From: a virus
Taxonomy: Duplodnaviria > Caudoviricetes
Strand: one strand, 5' to 3'
Virus record (IMG/VR): IMGVR_UViG_3300036832_001686
Location: 1 to 55,268 of that record
DNA length: 55,268 nucleotides
In this document: piece after piece, positions 35,822 to 44,905 of the stretch
Position numbering within the stretch: position 1 is the first letter of the stretch
Layout of the letters: every line of letters begins with the position of its first letter
Position numbers and translations under genes: made by a program
Notes under the pieces: model-generated
Database searches by the model: none
Seen by the model: only the letters and a program-made list of their open reading frames with translations
Told to the model about the DNA's origin: nothing

Positions 35822-36000
35822 ACCTAGTTAAAGCTCTCGGCGCTTGCGCGACCCTGGCACCCTCCAGAGTGTTCCGGGTGAAGTATTCAACCGGCGGCGA
35901 AGCCATCGAGCTCACCATCTACGCTGAATCGATAGCGGACGCCAAAGCCGGTATTGAATCAATAACCGGTGCTACCGTGATCCACGTGGCACCTAAATAA
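35818..36000 (+). CDS. Hypothetical protein
   Basis: Overlapping start/stop; ends just before a terminator. Confidence 0.5.
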   Translation: MNLVKALGACATLAPSRVFRVKYSTGGEAIELTIYAESIADAKAGIESITGATVIHVAPK

Positions 36001-36027
36001 AAGCGCCTTTTCTTCAATCAGCGAGCC

Positions 36028-36061
36028 AAAGGCATCGGCCTAAAAAGCCGGTGCCTTTTTT
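36028..36061. terminator. Rho-independent terminator between convergent genes
   Basis: AAA-GGCATCGGC-loop-GCCGGTGCC-TTTTTT. Confidence 0.85.
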
Positions 36062-36067
36062 GTTTTC

Positions 36068-36592
36068 CTAGCCGATGTAAATCCGAACCGGGTTGAACGC
36101 TTTCAATAGGTGTTGCCGGGTCTCTTCGTCGCCATTCATCACGAATTGCATTTCCTCATCAATGTCGGCCACAAGCCCACGGGAATCTGTCGTTCCCTCA
36201 ATCGAAACAATGATGTCGATGACCCAACGAAAGATTCCATCAAAGCGTCGGGCTCGATAAATCCGGATAATCGGTTTGTTCGGTTCAATAAACGAAAGCT
36301 CCTTGAGTTCGGTGACACTGCTCGCATCAATGAATTTTGTCCAACCCTCGCCTAAATGTTCAGCAAATGGCCGGCCTGTAAAATCGCACCAACCTTGGCT
36401 GACCCAAATACAACCCTTCTCAGGATTGGCCCGGTAAAGCATGCTCCCGAAGGTTTTCGAATGCTCAGTGTCGAGCTCGGACACGTATGTTTCCCAATAG
36501 GTCAGCGCTTTCCCCAGCGCCTTTTGCGGTTTCTTCCGATACATTTTGCCATAAAATACCCGTACGACTTTAGCCAGAGTTTCTGAATTCAT
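36068..36592 (-). CDS. Stand-alone PAS-domain protein
   Basis: WVSQGWCDFTG...LGEGWTKFID...YRARRFDGIFRWV is a PAS_3/PAC pattern. Confidence 0.8.
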   Translation of the reverse strand: MNSETLAKVVRVFYGKMYRKKPQKALGKALTYWETYVSELDTEHSKTFGSMLYRANPEKGCIWVSQGWCDFTGRPFAEHLGEGWTKFIDASSVTELKELSFIEPNKPIIRIYRARRFDGIFRWVIDIIVSIEGTTDSRGLVADIDEEMQFVMNGDEETRQHLLKAFNPVRIYIG

Positions 36593-36694
36593 TAACTTCC
36601 TTGTAATGATAAGCAGAGATGATAAGTCGCCGATATTGCCTACTCAAGCCGATAATGACCGTTAAGTGACCCTTTGATGACCGGTAAATGGCGT

Positions 36695-37126
36695 TTATCC
36701 TGGCGGATTCGCTTTCAGCACGTTGGCGTCTAAAAACTTGGCGATCTTGGCCGAGGTTTTACGGCTGGGACCACCTTTGCCGGCCCGCCACAAGGTAATG
36801 GTGGCCCGGTTTAAACCCAATTCGCGCCCAATCTCGGTCGCGCCTTTGCCGCTTGTTTCCATGTAGCGGATCAACCGGTCTAAGATAGCCTTGCGATCCC
36901 ATGGCTTGATGCTCTCGGGTGCATGGACAAATTCATTCCGCAAAATTGTCAGGGTCTCACAGTACAATTCTAAAGCTTCAGAAAGCGCGGTTTCTGGGCT
37001 TGGCATCTCCTGACCGGCATACATCAGTGCCGCCAGCGTTGCCAGTTGTTTCGGTGTGAGCCGTTTTGGATTTAGTTCGCTTTCGTCCGTCACGTTACGA
37101 CAACTCTCCCGATTATCGTACATCAT
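36695..37126 (-). CDS. XRE-type HTH protein (repressor candidate), HTH at C-terminus
   Basis: GATEIGRELGLNRATITLWRAGKGGPS. Confidence 0.75.
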   Translation of the reverse strand: MMYDNRESCRNVTDESELNPKRLTPKQLATLAALMYAGQEMPSPETALSEALELYCETLTILRNEFVHAPESIKPWDRKAILDRLIRYMETSGKGATEIGRELGLNRATITLWRAGKGGPSRKTSAKIAKFLDANVLKANPPG

Positions 37127-37239
37127 CGTGCATTATTCTACATTAGACTACATTAACGCCCTATATTCGTAGCATGGTAACGTTATGGACTTAGGGAGCA
37201 ACACTTTTGGTGATGTAAAAAAGCCCAGGTTTTACATTC

Positions 37240-37542
37240 GGTGTACCTAAAGTGTACCTTGCATCCCATTCCGCCGTTTAGATTTTCATTCGTAAGTCGT
37301 TGGGGATCAAGGCTTGCACCGTGCCGGAGTCGAACCGGCAACCTAATGATTAAGAGTCTCAAAATTACCCTCTGCCTATCCGGGACGATATGTGCCTTTA
37401 AATGTCGCTAAATGCCGCTCAATTGGCTTAAATAGAGGGAAAGCCAAGCGAACAGATAGTGATTTATCGGTTGACATCGGCCCAAATCGGACCTAATAGG
37501 ACGACATAGGCGAGACGAAAGGTGCACTAGGTAGGTGCACTT
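37240..37542. other. Phage attP region
   Basis: tRNA-derived core flanked by paired arm-type repeats GTGTACCT x2 (37241-37259) and AGGTGCACT x2 (37520-37541) in opposite orientation. Confidence 0.75.
37315..37358 (-). tRNA. 3' half of tRNA-Lys(CTT), att core (not a full tRNA)
   Basis: Minus strand GACT-CTT-AATCATTAGGTTGCCGGTTCGACTCCGGCACGGTGCA: anticodon loop, T-arm and 3' acceptor strand only. Confidence 0.85.
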
Positions 37543-37574
37543 TGACGCTTCTAGCCAAAACCGACAAAACACCC

Positions 37575-37787
37575 ATGACTGACAACGAGATTATTGCAAC
37601 TTTAAAGCCCTGTCCGTTCTGCGGCTGTTCAGAGATTCAATGGGTAACGCATTATTTCAATAAGTGTTGCGCTGATCCGAACGTGCCAACGGTAGAGATC
37701 ATTTCTTGTACTAATCCAGCTTGCGGTGCGCAGATACGCCGGATCGAGATTGAGCAGGCGGTGAAGGTCTGGAACTACAGGCAATGA
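37575..37787 (+). CDS. Lar-family restriction alleviation protein
   Basis: LKPCPFCG...C..PACGA...AVKVWNYR. Confidence 0.8.
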   Translation: MTDNEIIATLKPCPFCGCSEIQWVTHYFNKCCADPNVPTVEIISCTNPACGAQIRRIEIEQAVKVWNYRQ

Positions 37788-39100
37788 AACAGCATTCCAA
37801 AACCACGGCGGAATATTGGCTCAGTCGCGTCTACTTCCACAACCAGGGGGGCAAAGTCGAAGCCGACTATTCGGTTTTGATTCAACACGACAAGCGCCGG
37901 GAACGTTTCCCGTTGCATACGTCCAACAAGCGCCAAGCTTCCGAGCTCGCCCGCGAGATTTACCGAACCCTGCAAAATGGCGGTTGGGATCTGACCATCG
38001 CCGTTTACAAGAAAGGCCAGACTATCGATGGTGACCTCACGGTCGGTCAATACCTCGATGCCGTGGCCCGAGTCTGGACTAAGCACGAAGCAACTCTGCA
38101 CAATTACACGCGCAGTTTGCGCATGATCGTGACGGAGCTTTTTAATCTGGATCCGGACAACCAACGCTTTAACTACAAGCATGCCGGCTCGGCCGCTTGG
38201 CGGGCGCGGACCGATGCCGTTTACTTGAGCGACATCACCACCGACCGGGTCAACACTTGGGCGCTCGGCTATGCCGGCCGAAACATCAAAACTCGCGGGC
38301 CTGGCGCAGCACCCGAGACCAATCACGTCGCGCTTAACCGGCGTCGCATTTCGGCGAATTCCTATCTGCGGACCGCTAAAAGCCTTTTCTCGCCCAAATT
38401 ATTGAAGCGTACCGGATTCAAGCTCGCGTCGATCCCGTTTAAGGATGTCGAGTTTTTCGGCGGCACCGATAGCCGCTACTTTAGCGATTTCGATATCCGG
38501 AAAGTTTTGACTGCGGCCCAAGCCGAGCTCGCGCCTTTTGACGCTGACGCTTATTCGGTGATTCTTTTGTCTGCTGTTGCCGGGTTACGCCGGGGCGAAA
38601 TTGATTTGCTGGAATGGCCCAGCATTGATTTCAAGCATGGCGCCATCCAATTACGGGTGACCGAATACTACCGACCGAAAACGCCGGATTCGTTGCGCCA
38701 GGTTCCTTTCAAAGCGCCTTGGGTTCTGGATTGGTTTAAGGCCAGGCGGACCGCCCAAGGCGAGCAGGCGCGCTTTGTGGTGGCGCCAGCCGCGCAGTAT
38801 CAGCCCGACCAGAAAACCGATTACTACCGCTGCGCTGATCTCTTGAGCAAAGTTTCGGCTTGGTTACGTGCCCGAGGCGTCAAAGCAATCCGGCCGTTGC
38901 ATACGTTACGCAAAGAAGCGGGCGCCGATATCGTGCGCCGGATGGGCTTGGTTGCGGGTGCGGCGTTCTTGCGTCACAAGACAACCGCAGTGACCGCAGC
39001 TCACTACACCGATTGGACAATTACAGAAACGCCAAGTTTCGTCGATGTCGGTCAAGAAGAAAAAAATATTATTAAATTTGCAGAAACCGACTTGACATGA
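37784..39100 (+). CDS. int: Tyrosine integrase
   Basis: GLRRGEI, PKT, HTLRK and LRH...TAAHY catalytic residues. Confidence 0.93.
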   Translation: MKQHSKTTAEYWLSRVYFHNQGGKVEADYSVLIQHDKRRERFPLHTSNKRQASELAREIYRTLQNGGWDLTIAVYKKGQTIDGDLTVGQYLDAVARVWTKHEATLHNYTRSLRMIVTELFNLDPDNQRFNYKHAGSAAWRARTDAVYLSDITTDRVNTWALGYAGRNIKTRGPGAAPETNHVALNRRRISANSYLRTAKSLFSPKLLKRTGFKLASIPFKDVEFFGGTDSRYFSDFDIRKVLTAAQAELAPFDADAYSVILLSAVAGLRRGEIDLLEWPSIDFKHGAIQLRVTEYYRPKTPDSLRQVPFKAPWVLDWFKARRTAQGEQARFVVAPAAQYQPDQKTDYYRCADLLSKVSAWLRARGVKAIRPLHTLRKEAGADIVRRMGLVAGAAFLRHKTTAVTAAHYTDWTITETPSFVDVGQEEKNIIKFAETDLT

Positions 39101-39249
39101 CCGTCGGCATTTAGCGGCGCTTATCGGCGCTTATCGACGCACATCCGCCATAAAAGGGCGACGGTTTACCTAGCGGCAACGCAGCACGTAACTGCATTAA
39201 AAATGCAAAAAACGCGCAAATTGCCCGATGTGGTAGAAGTAGAGTCGTT

Positions 39250-39528
39250 ATGCAAAACGACGCGGTTGTCATGGCCGATCTCCCCCCACCGCCAAGGCAT
39301 TTTTTAGCAAAAGAATTGGCGCATCGTTGGCGAATTAACCTCCGCCGTATCAAGAAGTTACGACAAGAGAAACGCTTGCCCTCTGTTCAATTCGGGCCAC
39401 GGGATTTTCGCTTCCCGGTTGACGAAATTCTCAAACTGGAAGAGCGCGGAGAGTTTTTCCAGCATATCGATCCGCCTCCCGTCAAACCGGCCGTCAAGGC
39501 GCGTCGCAATACGTCAAAAAAACGTTAA
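39250..39528 (+). CDS. Excisionase-like HTH protein
   Basis: KELAHRWRI...LPSVQFGPRDFRFP; follows the integrase. Confidence 0.75.
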   Translation: MQNDAVVMADLPPPPRHFLAKELAHRWRINLRRIKKLRQEKRLPSVQFGPRDFRFPVDEILKLEERGEFFQHIDPPPVKPAVKARRNTSKKR

Positions 39529-39580
39529 TGCATTTTGCGCGATTTTTCGCGCCAACTCCTCACCCCCCCAGGAGACAACT

Positions 39581-40000
39581 ATGGGCATAACTGGTCCCTT
39601 GCCGCCCAATGTGACCGACAAGATCGATCCCGCTCAACGCCAGGCCGGCGGTCCGAGATTGCAGACTAACGAGGAAGCCGGCCAGAAAGCGGCCGAGCGC
39701 TCGGAACGTAAAGAACAGAAACTATTTGCCGGCATTTTGCGCCAGCGCAAAGAACGCGGCGAGCTCCAGTACCGTTGGACCGCAACGCACAAGCCCAATA
39801 CCGATATGCCGGGTGTCGCCGATTTCTGGATTGGTGCAAACGGCCGGCTCTTACAACTCGAATTCAAAGCCTATCCAGGCGCCAGATTATCGTCCGAGCA
39901 AAAGACCGAGAAAGAGTGCGCCACTGCGGCGGGCAACGATTATCGGATTGTTTATTCCGCTGACGAAGCGGTCAGCATACTAAGGAAATGGCTAGGATGA
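39581..40000 (+). CDS. VRR-NUC-like nuclease
   Basis: PGVADF...LEFK...LSSEQK...YRIVYS. Confidence 0.8.
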   Translation: MGITGPLPPNVTDKIDPAQRQAGGPRLQTNEEAGQKAAERSERKEQKLFAGILRQRKERGELQYRWTATHKPNTDMPGVADFWIGANGRLLQLEFKAYPGARLSSEQKTEKECATAAGNDYRIVYSADEAVSILRKWLG

Positions 40001-40070
40001 CCATCGAACAATCACTGCCGGTGTTAGTAACAATTTCCCTAGTGAGTCTTGCCTGGATTTGGTTAATAAA

Positions 40071-40256
40071 ATGAACACTTTCGAAGACTTTGGAACTGCG
40101 GCCCTTATTACCAGCGCAGTTCTTTTATTAGTCGCAATGGCCTTACTGATTTGGGTGGCGGTTCTGGCCACTAAACTAGATGCGTCGCTGCGAAGATTAG
40201 AGCGCCCATTTCGGCAGCGCGACGGAAACGGCCGTCCACTTAGAGAACGACTATGA
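40071..40256 (+). CDS. Small membrane protein
   Basis: One hydrophobic helix; ATGA overlap with the next gene. Confidence 0.5.
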   Translation: MNTFEDFGTAALITSAVLLLVAMALLIWVAVLATKLDASLRRLERPFRQRDGNGRPLRERL

Positions 40257-40459
40257 AAGGCAAATTCTACAAACAGCCAACCAGCCGAACCAATTTTGAA
40301 ATGTTTTGGACTCGTTTCGACCCGGACAAGCGATTGGGTCAGGCCACCAAAGCGTTTGTAAAACATCTTTTTGCGGTGGTGCAACAATCTAACCTAGCTA
40401 GCCAGGTTAAGTCCTATGAAACAAGTAAATCGAACCGGGGGGATCTAAACAATGAGTGA
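40253..40459 (+). CDS. Hypothetical protein
   Basis: Overlaps both neighbours in the early operon. Confidence 0.5.
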   Translation: MKGKFYKQPTSRTNFEMFWTRFDPDKRLGQATKAFVKHLFAVVQQSNLASQVKSYETSKSNRGDLNNE

Positions 40460-41429
40460 AGAAGAAACTAACAAAGCAATTACTACCCGCCAATCGATCA
40501 GCTTTGGCGAGCGCGGACTACGGTTTCTAGATATGGATCAGATGTTCCGTTTTTCCAAAGCGGTGGCTGGGAGCCAGTTTTGTCCAAAAGGCTGGAGTGA
40601 GATCGACTGTTTTGTGGCGTTACAGAAAGGCGCCGAAACCGGGATGACGCCGATGCAATCGCTTGAATCGATCTATGTCGTTAATAACCGGGCAACGCTT
40701 TTCGGTGATGCGCCCAAAGCTTTAGTCGAGGCATCCGGCTTGATGACCGACTATAAACAGCAATACGAAGGGCAGGAAGGAACAGACGATTACCGTTGCG
40801 TGGTGACCTCGACCCGTAAAGGCCGGGAACCGATGACTGAAACCTATTCTGTGAGGGACGCGAAAACTGCCGAGCTTTGGAATAAACCGGGAGCGTGGAA
40901 ACTACACCCGCGCCGAATGCTGCTTTTCCGCGCCAGGGGATTTAATTTGCGCGACAATTTTGGCGATGTCCTCAAAGGTTTCCAGATCGGCGAGCTTGTC
41001 GACGAGGATGGGGTTGCCGGCTTCGAACACGCCAGAAATGCCAGTGCAAAGGTGGTTGAACCGCGCTTTGACTCCCAAGAAGAGCGCCCGGCAACTAAGG
41101 CACCGGAACAGAGCTCCGAGCTGCCGAAACGCCCGCGGGGGCGTCCACCCAAAAACCCGGAACCAACCGATTATGGGCCCAATGCAGTGCCAGAAATGAA
41201 GGCCACGCAACAGAGTTTTGCTACCGAGCCGACCGAATCCACTTTAGCCGCTGAGATAAAACGTCGCCTTGAAGTCGCCAATTTAGCGCCTGACAAATTT
41301 CTCGCTCTTATGCGGAGTTACGAATTTATCGGGCCGGAAGTGACCACTATCGAGCAATGTCGGCCGGATGATTTGAAACTGGCCCTTGGACACTGGACGG
41401 ACGTCCTAACTGAATTAGAGAAAGTATGA
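40452..41429 (+). CDS. RecT-like single-strand annealing protein
   Basis: GMTPMQSLESIYVVNNRATLFGD and AKTAELWNKPGAWKLHPRRMLLFRARGFNLRD. Confidence 0.85.
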   Translation: MSEEETNKAITTRQSISFGERGLRFLDMDQMFRFSKAVAGSQFCPKGWSEIDCFVALQKGAETGMTPMQSLESIYVVNNRATLFGDAPKALVEASGLMTDYKQQYEGQEGTDDYRCVVTSTRKGREPMTETYSVRDAKTAELWNKPGAWKLHPRRMLLFRARGFNLRDNFGDVLKGFQIGELVDEDGVAGFEHARNASAKVVEPRFDSQEERPATKAPEQSSELPKRPRGRPPKNPEPTDYGPNAVPEMKATQQSFATEPTESTLAAEIKRRLEVANLAPDKFLALMRSYEFIGPEVTTIEQCRPDDLKLALGHWTDVLTELEKV

Positions 41430-42577
41430 GCGACCCACGCAAAGGTTTGCCTAGCGCCTCGGCCATGTATCGACTGTCGGAATGTCCCGGCAGTTTGACC
41501 CTGACTAATTTATTGCGCGAGCGCGGCCAACTTTACCAGTTACGCGACCGCGCGGTAAGCTCAGGAAATAGAATCCACGCTTGGCTAGCTCAAGAAGCTT
41601 TAGCGAATGATCCGCTGGTAGCGCTAGACCAGGACGAAGAGCAGATAGCTAAAATGTGCGCCAGTTTGCGCGACGAACGCCGCGAGCAATGGCTCGCTCC
41701 TACCCTGGAACAAGAAGTCTTTGTAGAACAACGATTCTGGTATCGGTCCGGTTTTTTGCCGCGTTTTAGCGGTCAACCTGATTACCTGGTGATCGACCAA
41801 GACGCTAAGTGCGCTTGGGTAGCAGACTACAAAACCGGCCGGCGCGAAGCCCAAGAGGCGGCAGATAATTTGCAACTGCGCGCCGAGGTGGTGCTCCTAA
41901 AACATAACTTCCCGGAACTCGAGCAAATCAGCGCTAGTATTATCGAGCCATTAGTTAGCTGGGATAATGTCAGCGTGGTCTATGAAGGCGCCGATTTAGT
42001 GAGTGCTGAAGCTAACATTCTGGAAATTGTGGCTCGGACCGAGTTTGAACGCGAACACCGCGTGGCCGGCCCCTTTTGCGTTTATTGCCCGGCTAAAGCC
42101 CATTGTCGTGAAGCGTTCGCTTATGCCCAGAGTGTGCCAAGCGTGGCGCCGGAAAAAGCGATTGCCGAATTGCCCCGCGGCGTGAACGGCGTCCGCTTAT
42201 GGGAACGTGCCAAAGTCGCCAAAAAGCTCATCGAAACAATCGAGGAAGCGTACACCCAGATTTTGGAGACTGAACCGGAAGCCTTGCCTGGTTACATCTT
42301 GCCCAAAGAAGGACGCACCCGGCGCTTTGTGCCGTACCCGGCTAAGTTCAAAGCGGCCTTAGCCGATTATTTAACCGGCGAGGAAATCGACGGGTGCGCC
42401 AACTACCATTTGTCCAGAATCGAAGAACTCTTTGGCCTGAAAACAAAACTTAGCGGTAAAGAGTTACAGTCAACTTTTAAGGCCGTCGTTAACGATACGG
42501 TTTCGACGACTCGGGATGCGCCTTTTATCCGGGCGAAAACCAAACGGGAGCGAGAGGAGGCGCCGCAACTAAAATGA
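41426..42577 (+). CDS. PD-(D/E)XK Cas4-like exonuclease (DUF2800-like)
   Basis: SASAMYRLSECPGS, GQPD, DYKTG, NLQL and CVYCPAKAHC. Confidence 0.85.
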   Translation: MSDPRKGLPSASAMYRLSECPGSLTLTNLLRERGQLYQLRDRAVSSGNRIHAWLAQEALANDPLVALDQDEEQIAKMCASLRDERREQWLAPTLEQEVFVEQRFWYRSGFLPRFSGQPDYLVIDQDAKCAWVADYKTGRREAQEAADNLQLRAEVVLLKHNFPELEQISASIIEPLVSWDNVSVVYEGADLVSAEANILEIVARTEFEREHRVAGPFCVYCPAKAHCREAFAYAQSVPSVAPEKAIAELPRGVNGVRLWERAKVAKKLIETIEEAYTQILETEPEALPGYILPKEGRTRRFVPYPAKFKAALADYLTGEEIDGCANYHLSRIEELFGLKTKLSGKELQSTFKAVVNDTVSTTRDAPFIRAKTKREREEAPQLK

Positions 42578-43392
42578 GCGACCTACATATAATTTCTTTA
42601 GGGGCTGGGGTGCAGAGTTCCACTATGGCGCTTATGGCTGCCGCTGGAGAAATTACTCCCATGCCGCAGGCTGCGATATTCGCCGATACTGGCGCTGAGC
42701 CTGGGAGCGTCTACCGGTGGTTAGACTGGCTTGAAAAACAACTTCCGTTTCCAGTTCACCGAGTCATGCAAGGCGAAGGGCTCGCAAAAGATGCGCTACG
42801 AATTAGGCAGAGGAAAGATGGCAAAGGGTCTTGGGTTCCGAGCGGTATTCCTCACTTCTCAGAGAATAGCGATGGAACATTCGGTCAGGGCCCGCGGCAA
42901 TGTACGCAGGATTTTAAACTCGCTCCCTTAATGCGTGAGGCTAAAAAGTTGATGAAGGAAAATGGTGCTAATCACCTCATCCAATGGATCGGGATTTCAC
43001 TGGATGAGGCGCACCGGATGAAACCGAGCCGGGTTAATTACGCCACGTCGATTTGGCCGTTAATAAAGCTGCGCATGAAGCGCTGGGATTGCTTGCGTTG
43101 GATGCAGAAGCATGGCTTTCCTAAGCCGCCTAGGAGTGCCTGCGTCTTCTGTCCCTATCATTCCGACACAGAATGGAAAAGGCTTAAGATTGAAGAACCT
43201 GAGGAATTCGCGAAAGCAGTAGATTTTGAGCGTGCTTACCAAGACGCAAAGCGCCTCACGTTCGGAAAAGGTTTTACTCCCTTCCTTCACGCGTCTCGAA
43301 CGCCCCTAGATCAAGTCGACTTTTCAACCGACGAAGACCACGGCCAGCAAATCATGTTCGGCAACGAATGCGAAGGGATATGCGGCGTATGA
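42574..43392 (+). CDS. PAPS-reductase-like (PP-loop, Cys-rich) protein
   Basis: ISLGAGVQSS, FADTGAE, IGISLDE, SACVFCPYH and ECEGICG. Confidence 0.82.
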   Translation: MSDLHIISLGAGVQSSTMALMAAAGEITPMPQAAIFADTGAEPGSVYRWLDWLEKQLPFPVHRVMQGEGLAKDALRIRQRKDGKGSWVPSGIPHFSENSDGTFGQGPRQCTQDFKLAPLMREAKKLMKENGANHLIQWIGISLDEAHRMKPSRVNYATSIWPLIKLRMKRWDCLRWMQKHGFPKPPRSACVFCPYHSDTEWKRLKIEEPEEFAKAVDFERAYQDAKRLTFGKGFTPFLHASRTPLDQVDFSTDEDHGQQIMFGNECEGICGV

Positions 43393-43456
43393 TCTGGTTT
43401 TTACTGATCTGGATCGGGCTCACGCTCTTAATGCTGCGATTCTTGCAATTCACCAA

Positions 43457-44018
43457 ATGAAAATTCATCCGGTAGCAGACCTCTTTCCTATGATGTCGGA
43501 TGACGAACTCACCGAGCTCGCCACCGACATTAAAGCTAATGGGCAAATCCATCCCATTATTATCGATAACGATATTATTATTGATGGTCGGAACCGGCTC
43601 GAGGCTTGCAATCGGGCTGGAATACAACCGACTTTTGCCGAGCTGAACGGCCAAGATCCGGTCGCGTTTATTCTCTCAGCCAATATTGCAAGGCGCCATC
43701 TTTCCAAGGGCCAACAAGCCATGGCGGTAGCGAAAGCGTTATTACTAAGTAATAAAACGCAAACTCAGGCGGCAAAACAGACGCAAGTAAGTCAAACCCG
43801 GATCGCACAAGCTTCGATCGTTCTGCAATACGCACCCGATCTAGCCGATGGCGTACTATCGGGCGCGCTCGCGCTCAACGTCGCCTATGAACAGGCGCAA
43901 AAACGTAAAGATCAAAGCAGCTCAACCGATGAAGCGTTAAAACGGTTGCACAAAGAATCGCCGGAATTAGCCGATCTGGTTGTGGAGGAACGGATGAGCT
44001 TAGGCGAAGCCGAGGCGG
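43457..44018 (+). CDS. ParB-N domain protein, N-terminal part (continues at 128..375)
   Basis: IHPVADLFPMM...DIKANGQIHPII...DGRNRL...NIARRHLSKGQ. Confidence 0.88.
43892..44018. repeat. 127-bp exact repeat, copy 2
   Basis: Identical to 1-127. Confidence 0.97.
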
Positions 44019-44255
44019 GATGCCCGCCCCGCCGAGTCCTTTTTCGGTCAGCACTAAATGCCGATCGAGAAAGAGTTCTCGCAGTGCCATACGGAAGAAT
44101 GAGAAATTAGTTTCATCCTTGCCGTAAGGCCCGGCTAATTGCTGTAGATCTTTCATTTTATAGAAAGCGCCATGACTAATCGGACCGAGCTCTTTCTCAA
44201 TCCGGTCCATGATTTGCAGCATGAACTCGTTTCGAGTTAGCAGTTCCTCGCTCAT
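44019..44255 (-). CDS. Hypothetical protein coupled to the RAMP-like gene, truncated at the junction
   Basis: ATGA overlap with 44252..44866; runs off at 44019. Confidence 0.65.
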
Positions 44256-44866
44256 GGTAAGACCTCCACTTCAAAACGCCCGTAGCGCGGCCGCCAATCG
44301 CATAGTCCGATATAAAACCCAGCATCGATAGCCGATTTAAGTAGAGCGTCCCCGTTCACCACGTTCGCATCGAATTTCAGTAAAAACTCGAGCACCCACG
44401 GAACGGGGAAAATTGGTCGGGTCCGCACAATTCGGCTTTGATTAACCCGAACTAACTTCGTGAAAACGAAGTTGCTGTTACCATCTGCCCACATTTTTTC
44501 CTTGGTCCGCGGGCCTTGGTAATCGAGCCGGATCACGCCCGCGTCACCGGTTTTACCATCACCCTCCACAAAAACGGCCAATCCGACCTCTTTTCCATAT
44601 TTGGACTTTTTAGCCCCGGCGGTGATGGTAGCTAATATATTATCGGTTGGGACCACTGGCCCAAATTTTTCATCCCAATATAAACTTCCTTGCCACTCCG
44701 CCTTAGCTAAATCGACCAAATCTTCATCGGTCTTTTTTCTTTTGGAGCTCAGCGCCTTGATGCGCCTAGCTGCTGGGTTCAGTGGATTAGCTAAAGTACC
44801 TTGGTGATGGATTAGATCACTGACTCCGGTAAACCGGAGCCGCATCGTTTCTAAACTAGATTTCAT
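44252..44866 (-). CDS. Stand-alone RAMP/Cas7-like protein (Vipr-like)
   Basis: LRFTGVSDLIHH, PVVPTDNILATI, RIVRTRPIF..W and C-terminal Gly loop AGFYIGLCDWRPRYGRFEV; adjacent to GGY/NN arrays. Confidence 0.75.
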   Translation of the reverse strand: MKSSLETMRLRFTGVSDLIHHQGTLANPLNPAARRIKALSSKRKKTDEDLVDLAKAEWQGSLYWDEKFGPVVPTDNILATITAGAKKSKYGKEVGLAVFVEGDGKTGDAGVIRLDYQGPRTKEKMWADGNSNFVFTKLVRVNQSRIVRTRPIFPVPWVLEFLLKFDANVVNGDALLKSAIDAGFYIGLCDWRPRYGRFEVEVLP

Positions 44867-44905
44867 TTTCTATCTTTCTTTCTTTCTTTCTGTTCGAGCC
44901 TCACG

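Larger units (their letters stand above)
1..44018 (+). mobile_element. Complete temperate myovirus genome (43,891 bp circle), lambda-like head and P2-like contractile tail
   Basis: Ordered replication, packaging, head, tail, baseplate, fibre, integration and early modules. An exact 127-bp terminal overlap closes the circle through one ORF. Confidence 0.93.

Noticed and set aside
37315-37358. Functional tRNA-Lys gene
   Set aside because: The 5' acceptor strand and D-arm are missing; it is an att core.
43892-44018. 127-bp repeat as attL/attR or a biological terminal repeat
   Set aside because: It is mid-gene and exactly a common k-mer length; the real attP core (37315) and the cos candidate (3084) are elsewhere.
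43875-44110. C-termini of track ORFs 43457..44110 and 43875..44255
   Set aside because: Both cross the 44018/44019 junction and are chimeric.
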